A stretch of DNA of 64,000 bases from NCBI GenBank assembly GCA_040219255.1, contig JAVJSW010000037.1, positions 1 to 64,000 on the forward strand, read 5' to 3'. This stretch comes from Sumerlaeia bacterium. GTDB taxonomy: Bacteria > Sumerlaeota > Sumerlaeia > SLMS01 > JAHLLQ01. Shown piece by piece: positions 50,465 to 60,142 of the stretch. The position numbers and the translations under genes were made by a program. How positions within the stretch are numbered: position 1 is the stretch's first letter; every line of letters begins with the position of its first letter. Below the pieces are notes generated by a model that ran no database searches, was not told the DNA's origin, and was given only the letters and a program-made list of their open reading frames with translations.

Positions 50465-50794
50465 ATGGAAAAATTGATCCTTCTGAATTGGCCCGGAGAC
50501 GAACAACTCTCCGACCTCCTCCTCCAGATCCGCGCCTTCAAGGACGAAGGCGTGCAGACCTTGCTGCTCGACGTGTCGCACCTCAAGGCCCTGGGGCCGA
50601 TGGCCGTGGGGCAACTGGCGCGGCTTTACCTGCGGTGCCAGAAGTTCGGGATTTCCTGCAAGGTCAAAGGCTTGACGCCGGAAATGCGCCGCGTCCTGCA
50701 CATGGCCGGCCTCTCCGGACTTGTCGAAAAGGCCCTCTCCACCGGGCCGCTGCTCGAGGATTTTCTCCGTAAGCCCGTGCCGCAAAACGGCTGA
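50465..50794 (+). CDS. STAS domain protein (anti-sigma factor antagonist-like)
   Basis: LLLDVSHLKALGPMAVGQL..L...C.......V.GL.PEMRRVLHMAGL; GAGGAGGA RBS before ATG 50465. Confidence 0.75.
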   Translation: MEKLILLNWPGDEQLSDLLLQIRAFKDEGVQTLLLDVSHLKALGPMAVGQLARLYLRCQKFGISCKVKGLTPEMRRVLHMAGLSGLVEKALSTGPLLEDFLRKPVPQNG

Positions 50795-51131
50795 GCCGCT
50801 CGCGGTTCTTCACCCTAGTGGGAAAAAAGGGCCAGAGGTTTCACGGTCAGAAAATAAAGGCGATCAGTGGGTTTCTGTTCAGGCTCAAGAAATTCAACAA
50901 GCCATGATTCGCCTCACGTGGTCCTTGTCCGTCCATTTTCTCCATCAAGCAAAGAAGATGGGGGTGATTGCAGGTCAGTCAGGGTATTTTCGGACTTATT
51001 GGCGAGAAAGAACTGGGCTCTCCCCGGCCGCCCGGACAGGCAACCCGATGCCGCCGCCTCGCCCGCGCCAAACGTCTCCGTGCTGAAAATTCTCGGGGGA
51101 TCAAGCCGAACAGTTCGCTTCCCGAGTCCGA

Positions 51132-52052
51132 TCAGGGCTGGGGATTTTTTTTCGCCACCTTGTGAATGGCCTCGAAGACGGTCGAGCGGACTTGATCGTC
51201 TTTGTCCTTGAGGAGCGTCAGCAGGGCCGGCAGGGCTCGCGAGGCGCTTTCTCCCATGGCCCCCAGGGAGCGCGCCGCGGCGGCCCGCACCTTGGGGTCC
51301 GGTTCTTTCAGCGCTTCGATCAGGTGGGAAACGGCGTTGCCATTCTCGTTTGGATCGATCATCGACATGGCGTAAGCCGCCGCACGCTTCATCGTGCCGG
51401 TTTCGCCTTTGAGCAGTTCATAGAGCGAGGTGGAATTTTCCGGTCTCCGCCTTGCTGCCGTCGGGTTGTTGGGCGATTCCGAGCCGGGCCTGCGGATGAG
51501 ATCGGTGGCGGACGTGACGGTGCCTTCCAGGGAGCCGGAAACGGCCTTGAGCGCGACCAGGGCCTGCAAGCGGACGTTGGCCACCGAGTCGCGGACGGCC
51601 ATCTTGACGGCGTCGACAGCTTTCCATTCGGGCACGTCGGAGACCGCCGGGCCAATGCGGCCGAGGGCGTAGACGGCGGCTTCGCGCACGTTGGCCTGTT
51701 GGCTCTTGAGCAGTTCGAGGATCACCGGCACGTCGTCTTTCGCTTCGGGGGTCAACCCTCCCAGCGCGTGGACGGCGGACTTGCGGATGTGCTCCACCTG
51801 CGAGTCATGGGCCAGGATGAGGGCGCGCAGGATCGCATCGCCCCGAGGCCCGATGGCGCGGATGGCGGTGGCGGCTTTCCATCGCACCAGGTTGTCCTCC
51901 GCCGCATCGCCGATGCGTTCGCAGAGGGGAAGAAGGGCGCCGCGCGCTTCGGGTCCGGCGTCGCCGAGTTGCTGGGCCGCGTTGCCTCGCGAGCGGGCAT
52001 TCTCATGCCCGAGTTGATCGATCAGGGTGGCTATGTTCGCAGGGGTCGTCAT
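51132..52052 (-). CDS. HEAT/PBS-lyase repeat protein
   Basis: Repeats of L.D....VR..AA.ALG.IG; likely start ATG 52052. Confidence 0.85.
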   Translation of the reverse strand: MTTPANIATLIDQLGHENARSRGNAAQQLGDAGPEARGALLPLCERIGDAAEDNLVRWKAATAIRAIGPRGDAILRALILAHDSQVEHIRKSAVHALGGLTPEAKDDVPVILELLKSQQANVREAAVYALGRIGPAVSDVPEWKAVDAVKMAVRDSVANVRLQALVALKAVSGSLEGTVTSATDLIRRPGSESPNNPTAARRRPENSTSLYELLKGETGTMKRAAAYAMSMIDPNENGNAVSHLIEALKEPDPKVRAAAARSLGAMGESASRALPALLTLLKDKDDQVRSTVFEAIHKVAKKNPQP

Positions 52053-52353
52053 CGAGGGCGGCCGAAATCCGGGAGGGAGGACAGTGGACAAGGGGGGGTC
52101 GTTTCCTAAGAGCGGGCAAGGGGGGAACAAGGTCAAGGCAACTCCGGAGGAGCGCGGCGAGGACGATTGCCATAAGACGATGTGCCGATGTGGTTCGGAA
52201 TATCGTCGCGAATCATGAGATGCAGGAGTCGGGCCACATTCCGCTTCCCCGGGCAGGCGCCATCGTTTCGTGCTTCGGCTTGCGGCGCGGACCGTGCGAG
52301 GGGCAACGATGGGTTGGGAGCTTTCCCAAACTGTGCAAAGGATTACCCGTAAC

Positions 52354-52947
52354 ATGGATGAGTCGTTCTCCTCGTTCGAGGCCTCCCAGGCGCTGCCGCT
52401 GGGCCTGGGCATAGCGCTGCTGCTGTTCGGCTGGCTGCTTTATCGGCTCGTGATCGGCGCGGCGGGAGGGATTCTCGGCGGCGTGATCGGGCTCGGTTTC
52501 GGAGGCGCGCTGAATATGATCTTCCGCTTCGATCCGCCCTGGGACGCGGTCTGCTTTCTCGGAGGCATGGTGCTGGGGGCGCTGCTGGGCATCGCCGTGT
52601 TCCAGTTCCTCAACCGGCTGGCGTTCTTTCTCTTGGGGGCGGCGATCTGCGGCTGGGCCTTCACGGAACTCTACCCGCTCTTCGCGGAAGGGGGCGAGGA
52701 AGCGGCGCGGGGGTTGCTGTTCGCCGCGGGCATTCTCGTTTCGGCGATCGTGGGCGGCCTGCTCGCCATCTTCCTCACGAAATATGTCATCGCGCTGGCC
52801 AGTGTCGCCGCGGGCACACTGCTGGTGGGCGGGGCGCTCGACTGGCCCTACGACGGCCTGCTGGCGATTCCGATTTTCCTCATCGGGCTGGGGCTTCAAT
52901 TGGCGATCGTTCGCCCCTGGAGCAAAAAGGACGACGACGGCGATTGA
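52354..52947 (+). CDS. DUF4203/TMEM198-like Gly-rich membrane protein
   Basis: LLLFGWLLYR...G..GG..G pattern; about 7 TM; likely start 52354. Confidence 0.7.
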   Translation: MDESFSSFEASQALPLGLGIALLLFGWLLYRLVIGAAGGILGGVIGLGFGGALNMIFRFDPPWDAVCFLGGMVLGALLGIAVFQFLNRLAFFLLGAAICGWAFTELYPLFAEGGEEAARGLLFAAGILVSAIVGGLLAIFLTKYVIALASVAAGTLLVGGALDWPYDGLLAIPIFLIGLGLQLAIVRPWSKKDDDGD

Positions 52948-53007
52948 CGCGCGGCCCTGGGAATTTGACTTGCCGCGCGTCCCTGCTCCCGACCCGATGA
53001 CTGCCCC

Positions 53008-54975
53008 ATGAGCCTCCCCGTTGCCGCCTCGTCCCCGTCGCTTCCCTCCGCCGCAGAGGCCCTGGCGTGGAGGACGCGCGTGCTCCGGTCAATGTGCGCC
53101 GGGGTGGTGCTTGGCCTGATGGGTCTTTTTCTCTGGGGCGGTACCTACGAGAGCCGGGCCGTTTACCTTTTCACCTTCGCCATGGGGGCCTTGAACCCGG
53201 TGTGGGGGCTTTATGGGCTGGCGCTTGTGGGGCCGCTGTACCTGGTGGACGCGGGCAAGACACACATGCTCGTCACGATAGACGTTCTGGTGCTGGGCGC
53301 CATTTTCGGCGAACTGCGCTCGATCGGCCAGGAGAGGCTCGAGAGCGTCCGGTGGGGTCTTTGGCCCCGGGCGGCGGTTGGGTTCTGGCTGCTGATTCTC
53401 GCCTCTTCGGTGGTGGGGATGTTGTTCGTGTTTCTCAGCGAGAACGAGATCGGCCGGCCCGACCGCGTTCTGCTGCATTCCAGCGCGGCGTTCTACGACT
53501 ACGCGACCCAGACGGAGTGGCCGTTGCGGGCGTTGTACAATTTCGCGGCGGGGCTTGGGATCGCGGCGGTGGCGGCGCGGCGTGCGTCGCGCGGTCTGGC
53601 GATGCGGTTTCTCGGCTGCGCCGCCGCCGGTCTCTTGGTGGCCTGTTCGCTGAGCCTGATGAACTGGGGCGGTTTGCTGAGCATGCACGACCTGCATCGG
53701 ACGAACTACGATCCGCTGCATCGGGGCCGGCTTCAGGGGACGGCGGGCCACGCGGGCTGGTTCGGCCAGTGGATCGTCATCGCCTGGCCGGGGATTTTGC
53801 TTTTGGCGCTGGCGCGGGGCCGGAAAGCGCTGATCGCCATGGCGGGGGCACTGACGCTGGTGGGGTTGTGCCTGATGTTGACGGCGGCGCGGGCGGCTTG
53901 GCTGGGCGTCGGCGCGGGTGTGCTCATGGGCGGGTTGTACTTGCTCAGGTCCCGCCCCGAACTCTCGAAGCTCCTGCTCTGGGGAGGCATCGGCGCCGCC
54001 GCGATCGGCCTCGCCGGTTTCGCGCTGGGGGGCGATGTGCTCGCCCGCCGCTTCGAGAACCTGCTGCGGGTCACCGACCGCGCCAACTATTACCTCAGCG
54101 GCCTCGTCTTCCTGCGCGAGCACCCGCTCGGGCTCGGGCTCGGGATGCACGCCCATTACTACAACGAGTGGTTCAATCCGTTCTTCCGTTACTTTCAGAC
54201 CGATCATGTGACGAGCCACTCCCTCTATCTGCACCTTTTGATCGAGAACGGGCCCTTTGTGCTCGGGGCGTTCGTGTTCGGGTTGCTGTTCCTGGCTTTC
54301 GAGGTCCGGGCCGCCTGGCCGGAATGGGACCGTACGGAGCGGTGGGTCGTCGTTGTCCTCGCTATGGCCTTTGGCGGGATTCTGGTGGATGGCGTGGCGC
54401 AGTACATCTTCTACATCCGGCCTGTCGAGTTCACCTTCTGGGTTCTTTTCGGGCTGATTCTGGGCCTGAGCCGCAAGGCGCAGGCGGCATCCGCCCCGCT
54501 GCCGGCGCCGGCGGTTGGGGGAGGGCCGATGCTCCTCGCCGCGGCCGGACTGGTGGCGGTTCTGATGGCGTCGGTCAACATCCGCCGCCCCATCGAGGAC
54601 CGGTTCCCGAGAGCCTGGGACGTGACCGTGGTGGAGGACCGGTTGGAGCTGAGCCGATGGACCGACGAGGTGTTCCGAATGCCCATAGATCCCGAAGCGC
54701 GGCGCATTCAGTTCAGCCTGCACCGCAAGGAATTTCCCACCCAAGTGACCATCGAGTGGCCCGACGGCGAGTCGGAGTCCTTTCCGATGGAGGCGGGCGC
54801 TTACGTCTGGCGCGAGCGGACGCTGGCTCCGGCGGAGAAAACCGGTCCCTTGGCCCCGCGCCGCTGGCTGACGATCCGGGTCTCCCAGACCTTCAGCCCG
54901 GCCCGTCTGCATCCCGGCGAGAGCGGCGACATCCGCGATCTGGGTGTGTACATCTTCGGGTTTCGCATCGAGTAA
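53008..54975 (+). CDS. O-antigen ligase / O-oligosaccharyltransferase-like protein (Wzy_C)
   Basis: RLQGTAGH, LTAARAAWLG, HPLGLGLG, SHSLYLHLLIENG; about 12 TM plus C-terminal soluble domain. Confidence 0.82.
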   Translation: MSLPVAASSPSLPSAAEALAWRTRVLRSMCAGVVLGLMGLFLWGGTYESRAVYLFTFAMGALNPVWGLYGLALVGPLYLVDAGKTHMLVTIDVLVLGAIFGELRSIGQERLESVRWGLWPRAAVGFWLLILASSVVGMLFVFLSENEIGRPDRVLLHSSAAFYDYATQTEWPLRALYNFAAGLGIAAVAARRASRGLAMRFLGCAAAGLLVACSLSLMNWGGLLSMHDLHRTNYDPLHRGRLQGTAGHAGWFGQWIVIAWPGILLLALARGRKALIAMAGALTLVGLCLMLTAARAAWLGVGAGVLMGGLYLLRSRPELSKLLLWGGIGAAAIGLAGFALGGDVLARRFENLLRVTDRANYYLSGLVFLREHPLGLGLGMHAHYYNEWFNPFFRYFQTDHVTSHSLYLHLLIENGPFVLGAFVFGLLFLAFEVRAAWPEWDRTERWVVVVLAMAFGGILVDGVAQYIFYIRPVEFTFWVLFGLILGLSRKAQAASAPLPAPAVGGGPMLLAAAGLVAVLMASVNIRRPIEDRFPRAWDVTVVEDRLELSRWTDEVFRMPIDPEARRIQFSLHRKEFPTQVTIEWPDGESESFPMEAGAYVWRERTLAPAEKTGPLAPRRWLTIRVSQTFSPARLHPGESGDIRDLGVYIFGFRIE

Positions 54976-54976
54976 A

Positions 54977-56314
54977 ATGGTGGATCGGCGGCCCGAGCCC
55001 AATTTGTTGATGGTCAGCTACTTCTGGCCCCCGGCGGCGACGGGGGTGCGGCGGGTGTTGTCGCTGGCGCGCTGGCTGCCCGAATTCGGCTGGTTTCCGG
55101 CGGTGCTGGCTTGCCGCCGCACGCGGGGCGAGGGCCAGGACGAGCGGCCCCTGCAGGACCCCGCCATCGGGGCGGTGCCGGTGGCACGGACCGAGTCCTG
55201 GGATCCTTACCGGCTGCTGGCGCGGCGGGAGGGGCCGATCCAGGACGGCACCTCGGCAGGCGCCTCCTCGCCGATTCGCGCGTCGTCGCTCCAAGCCCGG
55301 GCCATGGGGCTTTTGCGCCGCCATGTTTTCGTGCCCGACGACCGGATCGGGTGGAAGCGCTTTGCCTTCGCGGAGGGACAGCGGCTTCTGCGTTCCGGGC
55401 GGTTCCGGGCGATTTACTCCACGAATTATCCGCAAACGGCGCACGAGGTCGGCCGCTCCCTGGCGCGGTCGAGCGGCCTGCCCTGGCTGGCGGACTTTCG
55501 CGATGGCTGGACCCAGAACCCGGTCTTTTCCCGCTTCGGCAACCCGCTCGTTGCGGCCACGCAACATCTGTTGGAGCAGCGCACCGCCGAGGCCGCCACC
55601 GCGATCGTGACCGTTTCGCCTCCGATCACGCGCCATTTGCAGTCGCTCCGGCCGCCGGGCCTCTTGCCCGCGGAAACGATCTACAATGGGTTCGAGCCCG
55701 ATTTGCTAGCCCCGGCCGGCGTGGCGCGCGAGCCCCTCCATCCCGGCAAGATGACGCTCCTCTACACGGGGACCTTTTTCGGGCCGCGCCGACCCGACGG
55801 TCTGCTGCGCGGTTTGGCCGAGGCTCTGCGGCGGGAGCCGGAGTTGCGCAGCGCGGTGGTGCTGAGGCTGCGGACCGTTCTCGATCAGCCGGCACGGGAC
55901 CTGTTGAGGGAGCTGGACTTGAGCGAGGCGGTCGAGGTCTTGCCTCCGGTGCCGTTCCACGACATCGTGGCGGAGCAGCGGCGGGCGGACGGCTGCGTGC
56001 TTGTCCTGGAATCGGGCCCCGGCGCCGAGATCATGGTGAGCCAGAAGGTATTTGAGTACTTGGCGGCGCGGCGCCCGATTTTCGCCCTGGTGCCCCGGGG
56101 AGCGGCCCGGGAAGTGCTTGAGGAAACGGGGGGAGCGGCGATCGTGGATGCGGAGGCGGAGCCGGATGAGACCGGCGAGGCCCTGCGGGAGTTCCTCGGC
56201 CGGGTTCGCGGTGGTGAGTCTGTGGCGAGCGAAGAGCGGCTCGCCCGCTACGATCGGCGAAGACAGGCAAAACGGATGGCGGAAATCCTCGACAATCTGC
56301 CGGGGGCCGAATAA
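54977..56314 (+). CDS. GT4-family (GT-B) glycosyltransferase
   Basis: SYFWPP, PWLADFRDGW, IYNGF, YTGTF, KVFEYLAARRPI; start ATG 54977. Confidence 0.85.
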   Translation: MVDRRPEPNLLMVSYFWPPAATGVRRVLSLARWLPEFGWFPAVLACRRTRGEGQDERPLQDPAIGAVPVARTESWDPYRLLARREGPIQDGTSAGASSPIRASSLQARAMGLLRRHVFVPDDRIGWKRFAFAEGQRLLRSGRFRAIYSTNYPQTAHEVGRSLARSSGLPWLADFRDGWTQNPVFSRFGNPLVAATQHLLEQRTAEAATAIVTVSPPITRHLQSLRPPGLLPAETIYNGFEPDLLAPAGVAREPLHPGKMTLLYTGTFFGPRRPDGLLRGLAEALRREPELRSAVVLRLRTVLDQPARDLLRELDLSEAVEVLPPVPFHDIVAEQRRADGCVLVLESGPGAEIMVSQKVFEYLAARRPIFALVPRGAAREVLEETGGAAIVDAEAEPDETGEALREFLGRVRGGESVASEERLARYDRRRQAKRMAEILDNLPGAE

Positions 56315-56368
56315 GTTGCTTGCTGAATTTGATGGGGGTTTGCGTAACTTGATGGGGGAATTGATCCC

Positions 56369-56845
56369 ATGACCGCCAGGAATGAAGACAACCGCCGCCG
56401 CTACGAACGCCTCCCGATTCATTTGGAGGTCATCGCCGTGTTGCAGGGCGTGAAGTCGCGCTCGGGCGAATCGCTGACATCGCACGGCGTGGCGAAAGAC
56501 CTTTCGCTGGGGGGGATGCGGATCGCCGTTTTCCGCGAGGCCAAGGACTGGTCCTGGCAGATCACCCGGGGCCATCGTTTCCTGCGCATTCAGACGCGCA
56601 TCCCCGACTTGGGTTCGCCCTATGGCGAACGGGTCATCAACCTGCACGGGCGGATCGTGTGGACGAAGCTGAAGGAGGCGGACCCGGCCCGCAAGGTTTC
56701 CGCGGCGTGCGAGATGGGTGTCGAGTTCGAGCCCTTCGGTGGGATGGACGAGAAGACTTTCGAGTTCGCCTACGACGCGCTGGAAGCGGCGGGGGTGGAA
56801 ACGCTTGAACGGTCGCGCGGGATCCAAGGCGTTCCCCTGCGATAA
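56369..56845 (+). CDS. PilZ domain protein (c-di-GMP receptor)
   Basis: RRRYER (RxxxR) and DLSLGG (DxSxxG); GRIVW; GVEF. Confidence 0.85.
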   Translation: MTARNEDNRRRYERLPIHLEVIAVLQGVKSRSGESLTSHGVAKDLSLGGMRIAVFREAKDWSWQITRGHRFLRIQTRIPDLGSPYGERVINLHGRIVWTKLKEADPARKVSAACEMGVEFEPFGGMDEKTFEFAYDALEAAGVETLERSRGIQGVPLR

Positions 56846-56954
56846 TTTTCGATAAGAAAGCCTTTGCCCAAAGGCCTTCCCTGAATCAGAGTCCGAGACA
56901 GATCATGGCAGCCGCCGCGGCTTTGCGGGGGCGGATTCAAGACGAGGTGAGCTG

Positions 56955-59027
56955 ATGGCCCAGAACAAGCCCACAGGCAATGAACCGTATTCGAACGCGA
57001 AGAAGGAGATGGAGAACCTGATTCGTCTCGAAGCCGCGGACTCTCTGGCGTTCGAGGGGAAGCTGCAAAAGCGCGAGGCCGCCAAGCGCCACCGCGGAAG
57101 TCGCAAGACCACGGAAGACCGGGGCAAGGAAGCACAGAATCACCTGGTGCGCCTGGGCGGGAATGAAGCCGCCGCCCGCATCGGTCAAGCTCCTGTGCCC
57201 TCGATGCCGGAAATGGACATTGAAGTCGCCACCGACATCGAACCGGCCGATTTCATCAAGTCCATGACGGAGAAGGCGGGCCTGGATTACGCCAACATCG
57301 GCGACTACGATCTGGAAAGCAAGTCCGCGGAAATCGCTCGGCAGCTCATCCCCTCCAGCATCGCCCGCGACCGCCGGCTCATTCCCCTCATCGAGGAGAA
57401 GAAGGACGGACGCCGCCGCAACGTCCTCTGGGTCGGCATCAGCGATCCTCTCGACATCACCATCATCGACGATTTGCGCCTCATGCTGCCCGAGCATGAA
57501 CTCGAAGCGGTGGTGATCAACGAGGACGACATCGTGGACGCCATCGACCGCCACTACGGCGTGGGCGAGGAATCCCTCGACGATGTGATCAACAATCTCG
57601 ACAAGGAAGACGAGACCGACGACGACATCCTCAAGAAGGACGACGGACAGGTCGAAATCGACGTCAACGAACTGGCGAACAACCCGCCGGTCATCAAGCT
57701 GGTGAACCTGCTTCTGGTGCAGGCGGTGCAGGAGCGCGCGAGCGACTTGCACATCGAGCCGTTCCAGGGCCAACTGCGGATCCGTTACCGGGTGGACGGT
57801 GTCTTGCGCGAGATCCCCAACCCGCCGAAATCCATGCAGGTCGGCATGATCAGCCGCCTCAAGGTCATGGCCGGCATGAATATCTCGGAATCGCGCGTTC
57901 CGCAGGACGGCCGCATCCGCCTTAACATCAGCGGCAAAGAAGTCGACATGCGCGTGGCGTCGCTTCCCACGGTTTACGGCGAGTCCATCGTGATGCGTGT
58001 GCTCGACAAGAGCACGATGATGATCGGCATCGAGCAGCTCGGTTTCCAGAAAGAGCAGCTCGAGGACGTGCTGCGGGAAGCCAAGAAGCCCAACGGCATG
58101 CTGCTCGTGACCGGTCCGACGGGTTCGGGCAAGACCACGACGCTCTATTCGATCCTCAATGAGATTTTCGACTCGGGCATGAAGTTCATCACCACGGAAG
58201 ACCCGGTGGAGTACGAGTTGCCCGGAATCGTCCAGGTCAACATCAACACCAAGGTGGGTCTGACTTTCGCCGCCTGTCTGCGCGCGATTCTTCGACAGGA
58301 CCCGGACGACATTCTGGTGGGTGAAATCCGCGACGTGGAAACGGCTTCGATTTCCATCCAGGCCGCTCTCACGGGCCACATGGTGTTCTCGACGCTGCAC
58401 ACCAACTCGGCCGCCGCGACGGTGACCCGTCTGGTGGACATGGGTATCGAGCCCTTCCTGCTGACCTCGACGCTCCGCGGCGTTATCGGCCAGCGCCTGA
58501 TCCGAACGATCTGCCCCTCGTGCAAGGAACCCTATATCCCGACGGACGAAGAGCTGGCGGAGTTCACAGTGACCCGCGAAGAGGTGGAAGACATCACCTT
58601 CATGGTGGGCCGGGGCTGCGACGATTGCGGATTCTCGGGCTACAAGGGCCGTATCGGCATCTACGAGGTGCTGCTCGTCACCGAGGAAGTCAACGAACTG
58701 ATCCTGCAGCGCGCCACCACCGACGAAATCCACGCTCTGGCCGTGCACCAGGGCATGCAGACGATGCGCAGCGACGGCTGGCTGAAAGTCTGCCTCGGCA
58801 TCACGACGTTCGACGAGGTGTCGCGCCAGACGCCCCGGGAGAGCGAAGAGTCGGCGCGCGCGGAAATGGCCAGCGCCAAGCGCTCGCTCGCCCGCATCGA
58901 CGAACTGCGCCGCCAGCGCGAAGCGGAAGACAACGCGCCAGCGGATTTCGACGAGGACGAATTCGGTCTGCCGGAAGTCAGCACGGAGGGGTCGGGAGGT
59001 GCCCCCCATCTCCTGCCAGAGAGCTGA
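56955..59027 (+). CDS. Type IV pilus / type II secretion assembly ATPase (PilB/GspE family)
   Basis: ASDLHIEP, RYRVDG, PQDGRI, GPTGSGKTT, EDPVEY, LRQDPD.ILVGEIRD, STLHTN, CPSC..CDDC zinc site. Confidence 0.95.
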   Translation: MAQNKPTGNEPYSNAKKEMENLIRLEAADSLAFEGKLQKREAAKRHRGSRKTTEDRGKEAQNHLVRLGGNEAAARIGQAPVPSMPEMDIEVATDIEPADFIKSMTEKAGLDYANIGDYDLESKSAEIARQLIPSSIARDRRLIPLIEEKKDGRRRNVLWVGISDPLDITIIDDLRLMLPEHELEAVVINEDDIVDAIDRHYGVGEESLDDVINNLDKEDETDDDILKKDDGQVEIDVNELANNPPVIKLVNLLLVQAVQERASDLHIEPFQGQLRIRYRVDGVLREIPNPPKSMQVGMISRLKVMAGMNISESRVPQDGRIRLNISGKEVDMRVASLPTVYGESIVMRVLDKSTMMIGIEQLGFQKEQLEDVLREAKKPNGMLLVTGPTGSGKTTTLYSILNEIFDSGMKFITTEDPVEYELPGIVQVNINTKVGLTFAACLRAILRQDPDDILVGEIRDVETASISIQAALTGHMVFSTLHTNSAAATVTRLVDMGIEPFLLTSTLRGVIGQRLIRTICPSCKEPYIPTDEELAEFTVTREEVEDITFMVGRGCDDCGFSGYKGRIGIYEVLLVTEEVNELILQRATTDEIHALAVHQGMQTMRSDGWLKVCLGITTFDEVSRQTPRESEESARAEMASAKRSLARIDELRRQREAEDNAPADFDEDEFGLPEVSTEGSGGAPHLLPES

Positions 59028-59260
59028 TGCGCCGTATATGGCGTCCCGTCTGTGGCGCCCCATCCGTGGCGCTTTCGGCACCGGAGCCGCCGAAGGGAAT
59101 GGATCGACGCGATGCGATCAACGTCAAAATGTTGCACGACTGCATCGTTTTTCGCCTTTGTCTTCCATTCCCTTGTTGACGATCAAGTGCCTTGGCGGCT
59201 GTCATGCCCTCGTCTCCTGGAACAGGGTCTGACTTAGCGGAGTCGAAAGGGTCCCAACCG

Positions 59261-59965
59261 ATGGCGCAAACTCTGGCCGAGAACCGCCCGCGCAACGTGG
59301 GCGAGTTGTTGCTGCTCGAAGGCCGTATCACCCAGGAGCAATACGAAGAAGCCGCGGATTTGTCGCTCCGCTCGGGCCATCGCCTCTATCACGTCCTCGC
59401 CCAGATGAAGGGCGTTTCGGAGGAGGATGTGTTCGAGGTCCTGAGGAAGCGGGCCGATTTTCCCTTAGTCGAGCTGGGAGCGAAAACCCGCCCCACGCAC
59501 GAGGCCGCGATGCTGGTCTCCCGCGATCAGTGCCGCCGCTACGGCGCCGTTCCCCTGTACGTCGAAGGGGGTTATCTCATTCTGGCAATGGAAGATCCGA
59601 CCGACATGAGGGCGGTTGGAGCGGTTGAATCCCTGGCCGTTTTCAGCGTCCGGCCCGTGCTCGCGCATCCGCGGGAAATCCGCGAAGCCATCGATCAGTT
59701 GCCCGAGGCGGAAGTCAAGCCTTCCAACAAGCGGGAAGTCAGCGGCCTCCTGGAGCGCGCCGTTCTGCTGCTGATCTGGGGCTTGCCGATTGCCGGCGGG
59801 TTCACGCTGCTGCTGACCAATGACGAGTTGAAGGCCACGTACCACGAACTCGATCTGGATACTTTCGAGCGCATTCTTTTTTTCACGCTGGGGTGGACCG
59901 GCTGGGCCATCGTCAGTTATTGGATCACGGATATCATTTTCGGCATCGGCCGAAAGAAGGATTGA
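59261..59965 (+). CDS. Stand-alone MshEN (GspE N-terminal) domain protein with two C-terminal TM helices
   Basis: VGELLLLEGRITQEQY..A, RLYHVL...GVSEE, LAMEDPTD, IREAIDQ; no ATPase domain; likely start 59261. Confidence 0.75.
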   Translation: MAQTLAENRPRNVGELLLLEGRITQEQYEEAADLSLRSGHRLYHVLAQMKGVSEEDVFEVLRKRADFPLVELGAKTRPTHEAAMLVSRDQCRRYGAVPLYVEGGYLILAMEDPTDMRAVGAVESLAVFSVRPVLAHPREIREAIDQLPEAEVKPSNKREVSGLLERAVLLLIWGLPIAGGFTLLLTNDELKATYHELDLDTFERILFFTLGWTGWAIVSYWITDIIFGIGRKKD

Positions 59966-60142
59966 AATCCGCAAAGGGCTTGAGCCGCAGGATGTCCGGC
60001 GCCATCGTCGGCAAGACTTCCCATCCGGCCGCTCCCTAACCTGGACAGCGGCCCGGCAGTCCGATTGCGTGACTTCACTCCGCTTACGTGAGCAAAGGGC
60101 TTAGGCGCCCGGCGCTCCGCGCAAGCCCTTAGGATTTCGCCG

